64,000 bases of DNA from Camelus ferus (Eukaryota): NCBI RefSeq assembly GCF_009834535.1, contig NC_045696.1, positions 115,384,001 through 115,448,000 on the forward strand, given 5' to 3'. The first letter of the stretch is position 1. Every line of letters starts with the position of its first letter. The notes beneath the pieces were generated by a model. The model made no database searches. It saw only the letters and a program-made list of their open reading frames with translations, and was not told the DNA's origin. A program made the translations under genes and the position numbers. Shown here one piece after another: positions 1 through 13,090 of the stretch.

Positions 1-429
1 TATTAACTTGATAATTTACGTTTTGATCCAAAATAGTTAATATTCACCTAATGTTGATAAGAAATTCATGGCTGTCACTTTATCCTATCATGTGCTTTTG
101 ATTATTACTACCATTTTAATTATACATAATACAACCTCATTATACACAGTTTATAAGATTTTATGACCTAGAGGGTAAAAAAAATTCTATAATCCCCTTT
201 TCCTCAAATTTGTCCTGCTGCCAAGTTTTAATAAGTGTAAAGAGAAAAAGTAAGGTGTCTTTCTGTCCCTTTAATCGGTCTGTCTTCTGTGTTACTGGGG
301 ACCATGCTTTTGTGCTGAAGATATTCCTAAAGTTGAATAAGAGGGAATAAATTACCCTTTCTTACTTTCAGAAGTAAGAGCCAAGACCAGGAGAGAATAT
401 CTTACATCAAATATTTAATTCCCTCTATA

Positions 430-775
430 TCAATCAGCTTAGGCTAAGTTATGCAGTGGTACCAGATGGCCCCCCCCAAATCTCAGTGGCTTCCAGAACA
501 AAAATCTGCTCTGTGCTATGACTCTGCTGAATATGCCTTCATTTCTGGACATAGTCTGATGCATCAGGTGTATCTGGATGTGGCTTGTCTTATGGTACAG
601 AGAGCAAGAAAGAAACGGGAGGCATACATTATCCGTTCCATTGTCTACTAGGAGGTGGCGTGGGTCACTTACCTTCATGCTTTCAGGGAGGGCCAGAGTC
701 AATCACGTGGTGAGTCCTAATGTCAGTGGGGCTCAGGCAGATACAATCCTCTGGGAGGGATATTTTGAACAATGC
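430..775. mobile_element. Old MaLR LTR (MLT1J/K-like)
   Basis: tcagcttaggctaagttatgcagtggta...cccaaatctcagtggctt...tcacgtggtgagtcctaatgtcagtgggg. Confidence 0.7.
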
Positions 776-779
776 TGTT

Positions 780-900
780 GTCATCCATCCAGTAAATATT
801 TGTCAACATGACACATATTTTGGAACATCTAATATGTGCTGAGATCTGTGCTGGGGGTTAGACTGGAGTAAAGAACAGCACAGACATACTTCTCTCACTG
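780..900 (-). mobile_element. L2 3' end fragment
   Basis: catccatccagtaaatatttg...catctaatatgtgctgagatctgtgctgggg. Confidence 0.55.
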
Positions 901-3900
901 ATGTTGCATTGACTGAAGTGTTGTTATGCTGCTTTCCTAGAGGTTCAGATACTCCTTACTGAAATAAATTCTCATCCAGGAGCAGGAAATGAGCCCCAGG
1001 ACAGTTTCACACACATCCCTGGAGATTCTGATCTTTCAATTCTGGAAGATGCCTCTTCCAACTCCATCTTAATAGAGAAAGTCATTGTCGCTTGTAGATT
1101 TGTGTCTTCTTAAAATGTGGGGTCGTTGCATTATAGGGGCAGAACATTGGACACCATGCATCTGTATTTACTGGTTTTAGTTTCTGGGCATGAAGCTCCA
1201 TGAGAAATTGTAAAATGGAAAGGAAATTTGCTTGGGCATAGATTTTTGAGATGTCAGAGAAAAAGCATGCCTGGTGGAAGTAACCATGAACAAAAAAACA
1301 GGGATGCCAGAATGAAACTGAACATCAGTTGAGAGGGAGTTAGAATGTCGGGGTTGAATACGGAAGGTGAAACTCCAACAGGAAGAAGTAGACATTGTAG
1401 ATTAAGGACTCGGGGCTTGACATTAGAGAGACCAATCTGACAATCAGTAAGATATTTGGGAGCCGGCAGTGACTTGAAGACGAAGGCATGCTAGGGAAAT
1501 CTTTGCTAAATTTTACATTGTAATTATGATGCAAACTCTACCCAGAACTTGCAGGTGTTAACAGGACAGGAAAGGAAGGGGTGAGCTGGCGTGGCATTGA
1601 AGTCTGGTGATTCGGTCTACAGGCATAGTAAAGGAAGAGGTAATAGTGCCTTCATGACTGAATTGGAGGGTCTTAGGAGAACTGTGGAGTGGTTACAAAA
1701 ATGAACATGTGACGGGTGACAGAGTGATTCAGCGATAACTCCAGACTCTTCCAGGGATGGGAACAGAGTGAGGGTTGTGGACGTGGATGAGACACTGCAT
1801 ATAGGAATACAGTCACCGTGGAATCTCTTCCATGAATAAGAAAGAATGACAGCTTCAAGAAGATAAGAAATCGATTTTGGATAAGCACATTTTTTTCTTC
1901 TTCACTTGAGGAGAAATGTCCTATTTTAATTCTGACATAAGCTCAGGTTCTGTAATCTGAAAAGGGGATCCACTCTCACCTAAAAACAGTTAAGTTTTAT
2001 TTTGCCACAAATGCAAAATAAAAGAGTATAGGCTTCCTTCTAGCACACATGTGCGCACACACCCCCACCCACCCTGAGCATAAGTTTCCTAAAGAAGTAA
2101 TTCTAACAAATACGCAGAGTATCCTCTACTGTAAGAAAGAGAACACTGAGTTCAATGTCATTAAATAAAATCTTTCAATTTGTATGTGACAGGAGCAGAG
2201 GGTCTAATTAGACCCTTAGTATATTAGATAAATAATAAATTTGACAATTATCCCATTGAAGCATCCGCCTTTTCTGATTATTTTTGTCACATCTGTTTTA
2301 GGGGCTGAGTGAGCAATTAAATAAGGAATGGTCTTCCTTCGTGAGAGACAGTGTCTAAATCCTGCCTGAGACCACAACTAACGTGCATTTGATTCTGCAT
2401 TTAAAATCTGTGTTTCAACAGAGTAAAGCAGACATGCACACTATCACAGCTTGCAGCTTCTCTGCCCAAAAAGATTTCAGTTGTTGAAATGTCTAACCCT
2501 GCAGTTCAGAGTGGAGGAATGTTTACAGAGCTATGTTCAAATAATCAGGGTTATTTAACTGTGCTCTATCTCTTAATCCATATGATCAGCAATTGCCGAG
2601 AAAGCAAGGATGCTTATGTGTCTGTTGATGATTTACTAGGCATGCAGACTGTGTATACACACGAGCTGTATCTAAAAGATGAGGTCTTTTCCATGCATAA
2701 TACCCTGCAAATGGTTTTATATCCAGCCATAAAAACCAAGAGAAAATAAATAGATTTTCCTAAGCATGCCAATGGAGTCTACTTTAAAGTCAAAATTTAA
2801 GTGTCTATAAAATGTAATCTTTTTCCTGTCTTAAATTTGATTTGCACGAATAAATATAGGTATGCATAGATCGTTTTTTAAGGAGACTGAAAGAATTAAT
2901 GGGCCTGACATTTTCAATGTGTGTATCTTTAACTTTGAACAGGATGGAGCTCTTTGGCTCCTAAGAAATATAAAGATGTCTTGAAAATTTACACAATTTT
3001 AGAACGTAGGATTGGGAGGGAAATTCTTCCTGATTCTTTTTAATGTCTGAGAGGCCAATCTAAATAAGGACTCTGGATTTTCAGAAAAGACAAACCTTTT
3101 GTTTTAGTAGCTGTGAAAGATTTCAAAATGTGTATCAAATCCCTGATTTCTTGAAGACAAAAGTTGAGCCGAATGGCCATGAGATATTTTAAACAAAGGT
3201 ATATTCTTATTTTATACATAACATTATTTACCTAAACCTCAAAAACAGTTGACTCCTCATATTTGAAATAGATGCCTTGGGACATTTTGTTTTAGTATAC
3301 CTATACATTTTAATATAAAAGTCTAATATAGGTATCTAACATAAATACACAGTCTAAGTATTAATTCAAATATAATTGTCTAACATAAATATCAATTCAA
3401 ATTACTAGCAATGACAAATGGAATAACACAAAACAATGATTGCCTCCCCCAACCAGTTTTTTTTTTTATCCTCTTCTTTTAAATTTCTAACTCTCCCAGT
3501 AGCATTTTATCACACTGTATACTGCATGAAAAATTAATAACAGGTAAGCTGTAAAACAAAACAAAAATTTTCTTAATTCATTGTGTATTTTCTATATAAA
3601 CAGCTAGAGAAAAGGGTCCTTATCATTTACAACAAATCTCTCTTAGTCAAAATTAAAATATTAAGCTATTGAAGAAAATGTATCAAGAGGAATGTAATCA
3701 TTCCTGTGAGAAATTTGTCATTTAGGTATAGTGTTGATAGTGAAGACTTAGATTTGGGTCTCAAGCTGCACCGAATCATTTTGGATTTTGAGAGCAGCAT
3801 AACTTGTGAGAGCTATGACTAGAAAATATTCAATGCTTTCTAAAGTTTGAGTACCCAAAAAGGTTATTCAGTTTTCTCTCTCAGGATTTAAAATAAATGA

Positions 3901-4369
3901 AATACATTTCTAACTTCAAAAATTAAATGGTGGAAATTTCAGAGGTATGGCGGCTTGAACTATATAAGAGAGTGGTGAAGGGAAAAGACTAAGTTTTGTG
4001 TATCTGATTTACTGGACCTAGACTCACCTCCGAACAACATAATTGACCTTGGGAGAGTGATTCAACCTCCCAGGACCTCATGATATGGAAGGATGGAAGG
4101 AGCACCTACCCAAAGTCCAGATACCTTGCCAGGTGCTGGGGAGGTCGGACAGTCCACAAGACACAGCTCCATCCTCTATAATCCTCACCTTCTGTGACAG
4201 TTGTACTACAGTTTATCTCATTGCTGTGGTCGGGCACCTTCCACAGTCACTTTGGCTGGAGACCTCCCTCTAGGTTTCCCGACTAAGCCACAGTCAAAGG
4301 AAAAACAAGGAAAGAAAAAATATGGGCTGGTTAAAAAATTAGGCAGCTCCTAGAAGCAACGTAGTTTTA

Positions 4370-5580
4370 TTTTTAAAATATTTGTGGCAGGTACTCTCCA
4401 AGGTACTAGGTAAACATTGCTGAGTAAGTGGCAGAATGTACAATTTAATGACTGAACTTAGGATAAACACATTATATAGATGACATATCTTACATACGTG
4501 ATAGAACATATCTGATATTTTATATGTGTATATTTCATAGCTTATGTTAGCTACTATTAAATTAAAAAGTGGAGTGATTAATAGTAAATATTAGGGAGTA
4601 TCTATGTTGGGTTGATTAGCCATAGAAGGTATCTCAGAGAAGCTAAAATGTATGTCAAGAGGTCAGACACGAGGATTCCAAAGAAGGCCAACCCGATCAA
4701 GGAAGAAAGTATGTGCAAAGACGTTAAAACAAGGAAAAGGTTGGCATATCAGAGAAACTAGCAATAAATATATATCATTCTGAGTCAAACAGCAGGATTT
4801 GGAATTCACCTTAGCTTGTTTTAGAAAAAAAGGCTAAAATAGATTACAGGTTTGTTAGGATAGCTAAAGAAAGAAACAGTTGAGAACCAAGCCATAAAAT
4901 TGGGCCAGCAAGGGTCCACGTCCAGTATCAGGGAGACACCGCACTCAGGAAACTTCCCCCGAAAAACCAGACCCTTCCTTGACACTACTTGCCAGAAAAC
5001 GGGGAGAAAAAGAGACAGAACTGTTGTCCAATTCCCTTCTTCCAGTCTTAGGCAGACTAACTCGTAGAAACTAACCTGGAGGGAGGACCTGTGTGGGAGT
5101 AAATCTGGGACCACAGGACGTATAGCGCTAGCTTCTGGCACAGGTGCTGAGTCAGACCGCGCAGCCTCTGCAGGAGAAGGGAGGAGGATGCACGGTCAGG
5201 CAGGAGACGAGACAGACTGAGGTTTTGTAAGCTGTGGCCAGCAGCTGGACTTTTAAGAGCCATGGGAAGCCATTGGAGGGTTTTAAATCAGTCTTTCTTT
5301 GTGTTTCAGAAATGTTTGCTTTCATTGTAAGGCAGGGAATGGGTTAGAAAATAGAGGAGTGAAATCAGAGAGACTCGTCGAAGGTGGTTACACCAGTCTA
5401 GGCAAGAAGTGACAGTGACGTGGAAGGGTGTGGGGACAGAAGTGGTGGGTGGTTCTAAAGTACCTTTTGGATAGGAAAAAAGAGGAACTGTTGATGGAGT
5501 GGAGGTCAGAGATGAGAGAGCAAATAGCAACCCAGGTTCAGATATAAGCAGGTGGCTGCAGGGTGGTGCTGTTGGCAGCT
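4370..5580 (-). mobile_element. Fragmented L2, with a probable MaLR-like insert at about 4790-5140
   Basis: gccatgggaagccattggagggttttaaatcag and agtatgtgcaaagac are L2 hallmarks; the identity of the insert is tentative. Confidence 0.6.
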
Positions 5581-8564
5581 GAGACTCACATTTCCTGAAT
5601 GGGACTCATCCCTTGCTCTTTGGGGCTCCGTTATACATTGTTTGCTCCTGTGCTGTGTCTCTCCTCATATCTCCCCTTGCACTGCAACTGGGAGAAATTC
5701 TTGTCTGCTTTCTTTTTCTTAAATTGTAAAGTCTTCAAGAATAGAGATTTCTTGTTGTACTTTGTAAAAATTTACTTTTGCATTCCCCTAAAGTGCCTAG
5801 CACATTCCCTACGTCAGCAAATGTTCAAAACAGAATTAAATGTTCTGACCTTTGGCAATATGGTTTTATTATAAACAATAAGGAATTAACACTTTTCAAC
5901 TCGATGATTCATCAGAGTGTACCATGTGATAATGTTTAAAAACTCAGGTCACAGTGTTTTGAACATATTTCAAGATGCAAATAGTACTAACCAGTCCTCC
6001 CATAAACACAAAATTTCTCCCTAAATTAAGCAGAGTAATTTAGTGAATTTAGCATTTTGTTTTCTGAACCTATGCATGTAATGAAATGGGAAGAAATAAT
6101 TATGTTTCCCTCCAGCACAGAGGGGGAAATATATAGCCAGCAAACAGTAATTGATTTCTTTTGTCTCTGAGATTTTCATGCACAAAGATATTCAGAAAGA
6201 CCCTGTAAATACACTCGGAAAGAAATCATTTTTTCCAATTGTATCAAAACTAACAAGTCTTATGGGAAATGTTCCATACTGCAGGCTATTTTGGATAAGA
6301 CAAAACAGATTATCATAAAAATATTTTGATGTTTTAACTTGAGGGTGAGAATTTTTCACTGTACTCCATCCTCTGGGAATTTTTGATCATTAGAAGATTT
6401 CATATAATAGATTCATTAACAGAGAAATATTCCCACCATAAACGTAAGAGGCTGACATTTCGTTGCAGAGAATGAAGTTTGCTTATTTGCTCCTGGCTCT
6501 TTAGTGAGTGTGTCAGAGACACGTCAAGGGTTATATATTAGCAGAACCTTTGCAATGTCAGCAGACTGTGACTTTGAACTTTGTTCATGAAAATAATGTT
6601 CTTTTATGAATAGATCCTAGCAACGAATAGTTAAGAAGACAAGCCAGGGTGTAAGTGGACCAGAGAAGGGAAGCAAGAGAGTTGTAACAGGAGACCCACC
6701 ATCTAGCTCTAAAATTGAATGATTTTTGGGGTCACTAGTCTCTATTGTCTTTAAGAACTGGACGTAGAATACAGATTTGGAGTTTCACTGCATGGTTTAG
6801 TCTACTGTCAGACTCCGATGGCTGAGTTATGTTGGAATTTAATTGCAAACCTTCCAAAAGTGTGATTCCATGTATGCGAAGGCATACGTGGGCCCGATGG
6901 CGGCTGCAGGTTAGGAATGATCAGGCAAAAACAATGCACACAAGGATAGTCAATCCAGGCTCTTAGCACGTCACTGTGTCCTATTTTTTTTTTTTTAACC
7001 TCCATAGTCAGTCCCAAAGGACACGTCTTCTGTCTGCAGGAGCAGTTTTCAGATTGTAGGTCTGGCTCAGTTTGGATCTGTGATATGACAATAAAAAACA
7101 TCGCCTGCTACAATGGTAGCAAAACCATTTGTTTTCACTCCCCCAGAAAAATTGAAGATAGAAACCACATTAGCTATGTATCCTGCTTAATTTGGTCTTT
7201 TACAAAATATATGTTCATATCATCAATTTATTTTGAATGATGCCTTTTGATACGAATTCTAGAAAACAGTATTTTCTCATTTGAGAATGATGTATTTGGG
7301 AACGCATGTTGTATTTTCTTAGTCTCTTTGTACTCTGCCAGTTTTATAGAAATTCGAGGATAATGTAGGCAGAATACACCCACTCCCATCACATTTTAAA
7401 ACAACACTAGTGCCTTGGGGCCAAGAATTCTAAATCTGGCTTGCTGCCTACTTTCCTCAAGCTACCAAGATAATTACTTAGAATCTATCATGTTTTAATA
7501 TAAAAGCCTTTAAAAATGTGCTCTTAATTCTTTAGTTCTGTCAGCACCTGTTTGTTGAAAAGTTATCTACACAGTACTGTCCTAGGCAAAGCAGGAAAAT
7601 AGAAATGAAGTACATGATATATTTCTTACCATGATTCTGCAATGGACTTGTATTTTCAAGGAGCGGGCGGGGGTCATAAAAAGTGCTGTAAGTCCTAATA
7701 TGACACACAGTAAGCAAAGCGCTGAAAGAAATTAGTTATACTAAATTGATGTGACTTCCATTTTATGTAACTTTCAAATCAACGCATTCCATTAGTAGCG
7801 ACATTCTTAGTCCTCTTACGCATCAATTTTTCCTTAATGCACCTGCTTTGTGGAGTACTTTTGCAAGAAATGAGAGAGTGTTCCTGATTAAACTTCAAGA
7901 CCGCAAAACAATTACTGACTTTTGAAGTCCTCTTTGTCTGGTTGTTTAATATCTTGAGTTCCGTTTTAATCATTCTTCCTTGAGCATTTAAGTGGCCGTG
8001 CCTCTGCCAAATTAGTTGTTCCACTGAAATAAGGAAAAGAAAATTTAAAACCCTTTCTTAAGTAATTGAACGTCCATCAGTCTAGCTAGTTATTTTAAAA
8101 AGAGAGCATAGAACGTGAACATCAGTGGAATAGCTTATAATGCAAAGAAACTAAAAAACTTTTCCCATAATGTGAGCCTATACCAACTTTGATCTGCTCT
8201 ATGTCCAATTTAGATTCATTTTATTACAGTTGGAAAAAAGTCCACTTATTTTGACACTCCCTGTATTTCTCAAATTCCCTTTGAAAAAGGCTATTTAAGA
8301 AGAAATGCTAGTAGAATGGCTTATATTTTGTCCCCAAAAAGAAGGCAACAGGTACTAAAATGTGTCCTGTGAGATGGGGACACTGGAGGTGAAGTCAGAC
8401 ATGGCTGTTTACGGGAGGGCTTAGGGTGGCAATGCTTTGGGGGAAATCACGGTGCCACCATGATTATTTTCCAGGTTCATAGCACCAAAGTCTATGGCCT
8501 CCTCCCATACTTCATTCACCATATAAGAATCAGTATGAGTGAAGAAATTTCTACTGCTTTACTG

Positions 8565-9230
8565 TTTTATCGAGGCATACTTTATATATCATCAAATGCA
8601 GAGATTTTAAATTAGTTCAGGCAAATCTGTTTACCAGAATAACCATCATCCTCGTCAAGGTGTAGGACCTTCCCATCACCCCAGTAAATTCACTTATGCC
8701 CCATGCCAGTTGATCCTTTCCCCCCTCGGAGGCAACCACGGATCCGCTTCCTGTCAGTGTGGACCAGCCTTGCCTTTTCTAGCGTATGATGTAGATAGAA
8801 TCATGATATGCACTCCTTTCTGCTTAGTGTTTTTTCTGTGCAGCACAGGGATTGGAGGTTCATCCATGGTATTTTTATATCAAATAATTTGTTTCTTTTT
8901 ATTACTGGCTGGTATCCCATTTCATGAATATACCACAAACTTCATTCACCTGATGATGGCTGTTTAGGTTGCTTCCCAGTGGTGCTTTTAAGGTCCAAAG
9001 CTGCTCTAAACATTTATGTGCACTTTTTTTGTGGACCTATTTTTATTTTCCTTGGTAAATACTTAAAATGTAATTTTTATCTTCTAGGATAGGAGTGTAT
9101 TTGTTTAAAAGCAACTGTCAAACTTTTTCCCAAAGAGATCACATCGTTTTACATCCCACAGACAATAGATGACTGCCCCATAATCTTGCCCACTAATGAA
9201 ATTGTTATTTTAAATGTCAGCCTCTTCTAA
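8565..9230 (-). mobile_element. Old L1M (L1MD/ME-like) 3' end
   Basis: cccatcaccccagtaaattc...ggcaaccac...catttcatgaatataccacaa...aactgtcaaactttttccc. Confidence 0.75.
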
Positions 9231-9244
9231 GGGAGGCTGATAAA

Positions 9245-9360
9245 ATATCTCCCATTCTGTAGATGCAGAAAGTATAGTTTAGAAATGCTGACTTGTTTAA
9301 ATTCACACCACACGCAAGTAGCAGAACCAGCATTTCTAATGTGCTCTTAACCACTATGCA
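9245..9360 (-). mobile_element. MIR
   Basis: cccattctgtagatgcagaaa...gcaagtagcagaaccag...gctcttaaccactatgc. Confidence 0.7.
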
Positions 9361-10794
9361 TATTTTCACAAGTAGAATTTCTGGGTCCTGAAGAATGTGG
9401 TACCCAAATGAGCCTCAGAGAGTCATTGATGGAGAGCTTGGGTTTGCTGGGACAAATCGGGGAGGTTATGAATTACCAGGGAAATCCCATAAAAAGATGT
9501 CACTGTGGCCTGGGCAAAGCTCTTGGTAGAAGTGAACGGAAACCAGCATGCTCGCTAGCATTGCCCTTTCTCCTGTATGCAGGTTAGACTCACTGGGAGA
9601 TGTTTCAGAATGGCCAAAAAAATTCCTTAAACTAGTTTTGAAAACAGTTTTCTTCCTCCCATACTGTGAAATCTTCATGCATTAATAAAATGTCTCAAAG
9701 AAATTTATTTAGTCTTTCAACTTAATGTGCATTTAGAACACTGCTTTCACACACACATACAAAAACAACAAAAACTTAATATCCATGAAAGTTTGTAAAC
9801 CCTGTAACAACAGCACCATACCAACAGCTACAACACACAGCAAAACAAAACAGTTCTTAGTTTTCATATTTTGAAAAAGCTGTCAAGTTCATGCATCAGA
9901 AAACATGGATGCCAAATCCTGACCCCAGTACCTAGCCGAGGGCTGCTCTTCCGTGAACCACACATGTGAAGTGATAGAGAAACAGATTGTAGACAGATTA
10001 TAACATTCACGCAGGTGGACTCTGTATGGCTGACTTCTCCCAGGAAAGGCAGAAGCAGGGTCAGGATAGAAAACAAGACACCCCGAGACTCAAACAGATG
10101 TGAGACCAAGAGGGCCAAGAACAATACGTCACTCCAGCACATTCTTGGAGGAATTATTTGAGAACTTAGGCTTAAGCCCTGGTGAAAATTGGCAGGTTTG
10201 GCTTCTGATTCATTCATTCTTTTACGGTTTTTCCTGGACTGTAAGATGTTTTGTCTCGTGTTATCTACCCTTGCCAGGCCCTCTTGGCAGGGTTTGCAAA
10301 AGTGTGGCTAGGAAAAGACAAGCCAGTGAGATCCAAACTCTGTGTGAAGGACTTCAATACATGCCTCTTGCCACTGAGAAAGAGAAAGTACTTCAAATTA
10401 ACAGATTATATATGGTGTCAGTGGCCCAATTCATAGCACCTTCCCTAACCACGGTTCTGAATAAAAAATACTCAGCGAAGAGAAACAGTTTTGAAAATCA
10501 GTGTGTTTTTCATTGAACACTTGCTGGGTTACGTACAATTATAATCTCAAAGCAAAAGAAATTGGAAAGACTCTGGATATAAATGTAGTTGCGTACATGA
10601 CAGTAAAATCTAGGTTTTCCAGGTGGTCATGGGGACAGTGAAAACATACATGCAAAAAAAATTGAATAGAAAATGTCCCCTATGAAGAGAGATGGCTGGA
10701 AATCTGATAAACACAGGAGGTAGAGTCCTTGGATGAAAAGACTTTCCGTGAAGATGACTAAGTATTTAATAAGAAAGAAATTTATAGCTTCTTA

Positions 10795-10910
10795 CTTTGT
10801 AGCGGCCTTTGGCCGGCAGTGGGGTCACGTGATGGCCTTATAAATTTGCTTGGGTCCCTCTGTCCGCACACCACGGAAGCAGAGAGTAACCGAGTGATGT
10901 GCGGTAAGCA
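10795..10910 (+). promoter_or_regulatory. Candidate internal TATA promoter and short alternative first exon of ZNF385D
   Basis: GGTCACGTGA E-box 10823-10832, TATAAA 10839-10844, CA dinucleotides about 30 nt downstream (10867-10870), CGGAAG 10874-10879, ATG 10897-99, donor GCG|GTAAGC with GT at 10904-05. Locally CpG-enriched. Confidence 0.55.
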
Positions 10911-12824
10911 GGGCTGCTGTGTCGTTTTCTCTTGCGTTCTATTTCTGCACACATTTTAACATGCTACTCATCTGCTGTGATTTTTTTTTCCTCTTAATCC
11001 AGAAAATATTGCAGAAATAGTGTTCATGCAGACATGGTGTGTGAATGTGTGGCTGTAAATAATTGAGTACGTGTGTCTATGTTTTTCACAAACAGGGAGT
11101 TTTGGAGACTGTGGGCTGAAAACATGGCATAAACACATCAACTTTGGACTGCTGCTTCTAACAGCTGTAGTTTTAAAACTGCAATCCTAAAGCCTATTCT
11201 GTTTGGAGAAGAATTGACTGCTCTTGTTTCTGAAGCGAATGCAATGTTCCAGAGAGAAAACAGCAGTGAGCATTTGAGCGTTTGAGGTTCTCTGGGCTCA
11301 CATGCATGTGTATGTGTGTGCGCTTTTGCGTACGACAGAAACACACAGCAATACAGAGACAGCATGGGAAAATATGTATATATATATTTTTTTTTTCAAG
11401 AAAGAAAATGGAAAATTTTATTCGAGCCAAATTGAAGATTATAATCTGGGAAGAGCATCTTAGAAAGCTCTGGGAACTGTTCCCTATTTTTTTATATGTA
11501 CTGTGTTTATTAGCATTCAGATTTATTTGCTTCATCACTAGACCCATTTACAAGAAGGCTTCTTGTTTTCCATTTGAGTGTAAGATTACAGAGTTAACAA
11601 AAATAGTCAATGTGTATAATGTGTTATTCTACCTTGAACTTCCAATCAGTGATTATAAGGTTATTTTGAAATCTCTGTGACTATTTTCTCTGAAGTCTGC
11701 TTTCTGTGTTTGAAGCATTACTTCATCAAATACCCTGAGAATATCGTAATCTTAACCATTCGCTTTAGGAAGAGATTTCAGTGAGTTTAAGGCTTACCGT
11801 TACCTTTGCTTCCTCTGGGTTAAGCCAAGAGTTGTCTATGGTGTTTATCTCAGCTGAACCCACTCCAGTTCATTGTTTGTTTCTATTGTTTCATTTATGT
11901 GTCTGCTGGGGCTGCCTACACATAAGATAGTTGGGACATGTACTGGGATTCTTGTTGCACATGAGGCAATGGAAGCTCAGTGTCTCTCCCAAGAGTACAC
12001 CATAGAGGGGTACCAATCTGGGAAGAAAGCCACAAGCATTTAACCGTATCTGTAATCTTGGATTTCATCTAGTAGAGCCTGTCATTGAAAAGTGAGGGAC
12101 CTCAGGTCTGAAGAGGTTTCTCCTGATTCCCAGACGTCTGGGCTGTAGGGTCAACCCCTGGAGATGGGTGTCTTTTCAGCGCCGTAAGCGTATGTGGAGA
12201 AGGCGAGCGGGCTTGGAGTCGTGGTGAGAAAACTAGCCGGCTGGGGTAGAGCCGGGCCTGCAGGGCCAGCCTGCAGGGGCTTGGCTGCTGCGCACGTCCC
12301 AGGGCGCTCCGCTCCCAGGGCCCTCTGGACTGCTCAGCTCCTCCCACTGTGCTCTGTTGCATCTCCGAGACCGAGCTGCCTGCGCGCCTCGTTCTGGCTC
12401 TGCTGGTGCTCCCTGAATCATCACTGTTTTAACTAATTCCTACTTTTTCTAATTGTGAAAGTAGTAACGTGGATGTGTATTTCCATACGGAAAAAGAGAG
12501 TCTATCAATCAATCATTTTTGTTTCCCTCTAGTCTCCCTTTAAAAACATATGGGGTGTATTTTTTATAAAACTGGGATCATATTACATGTAATGTTTTAT
12601 AATCCTGACGTGTTATTGAATATTTTATGCTCTACTTTTCCTCTTATTTTATTGTTTGTATATTTACTATTTAAATTATCTGGACTAATAAAATTGTATG
12701 TATTACTATTAATATCATTATAGCTTAGCCCACTTATTTTTATCTTTCAAATCTGTATATTTTTTCATCAAACAAATTTTTTTAAATTATTAGGTGTTGC
12801 CTGCCTATCTTTTTAGCTTACCAT

Positions 12825-13090
12825 GTGATTATTATTATATTATTACATATAGTTACATATTAAATATAATTATATGTTGTTACATATTAAATGTAATTAC
12901 ATATTACATATAGTTACATATTAAATGTAATTACTTATTACATATAGTTGCATATTAAATATAATTATGTATAGTTATACATAGCATATATTTATACATA
13001 ATACATTATATATAATCTTAATACATTATATATAGTTTTAATATATTATATTAATATGTACTTACAGAATATAATTATTATATGATTATA
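12825..13090. repeat. AT-rich minisatellite/low-complexity tract (about 34-35 bp unit tattacatatagttacatattaaatgtaattaca)
   Basis: Units start at about 12841, 12902 and 12936, with a partial unit between and decayed copies downstream. Confidence 0.8.
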
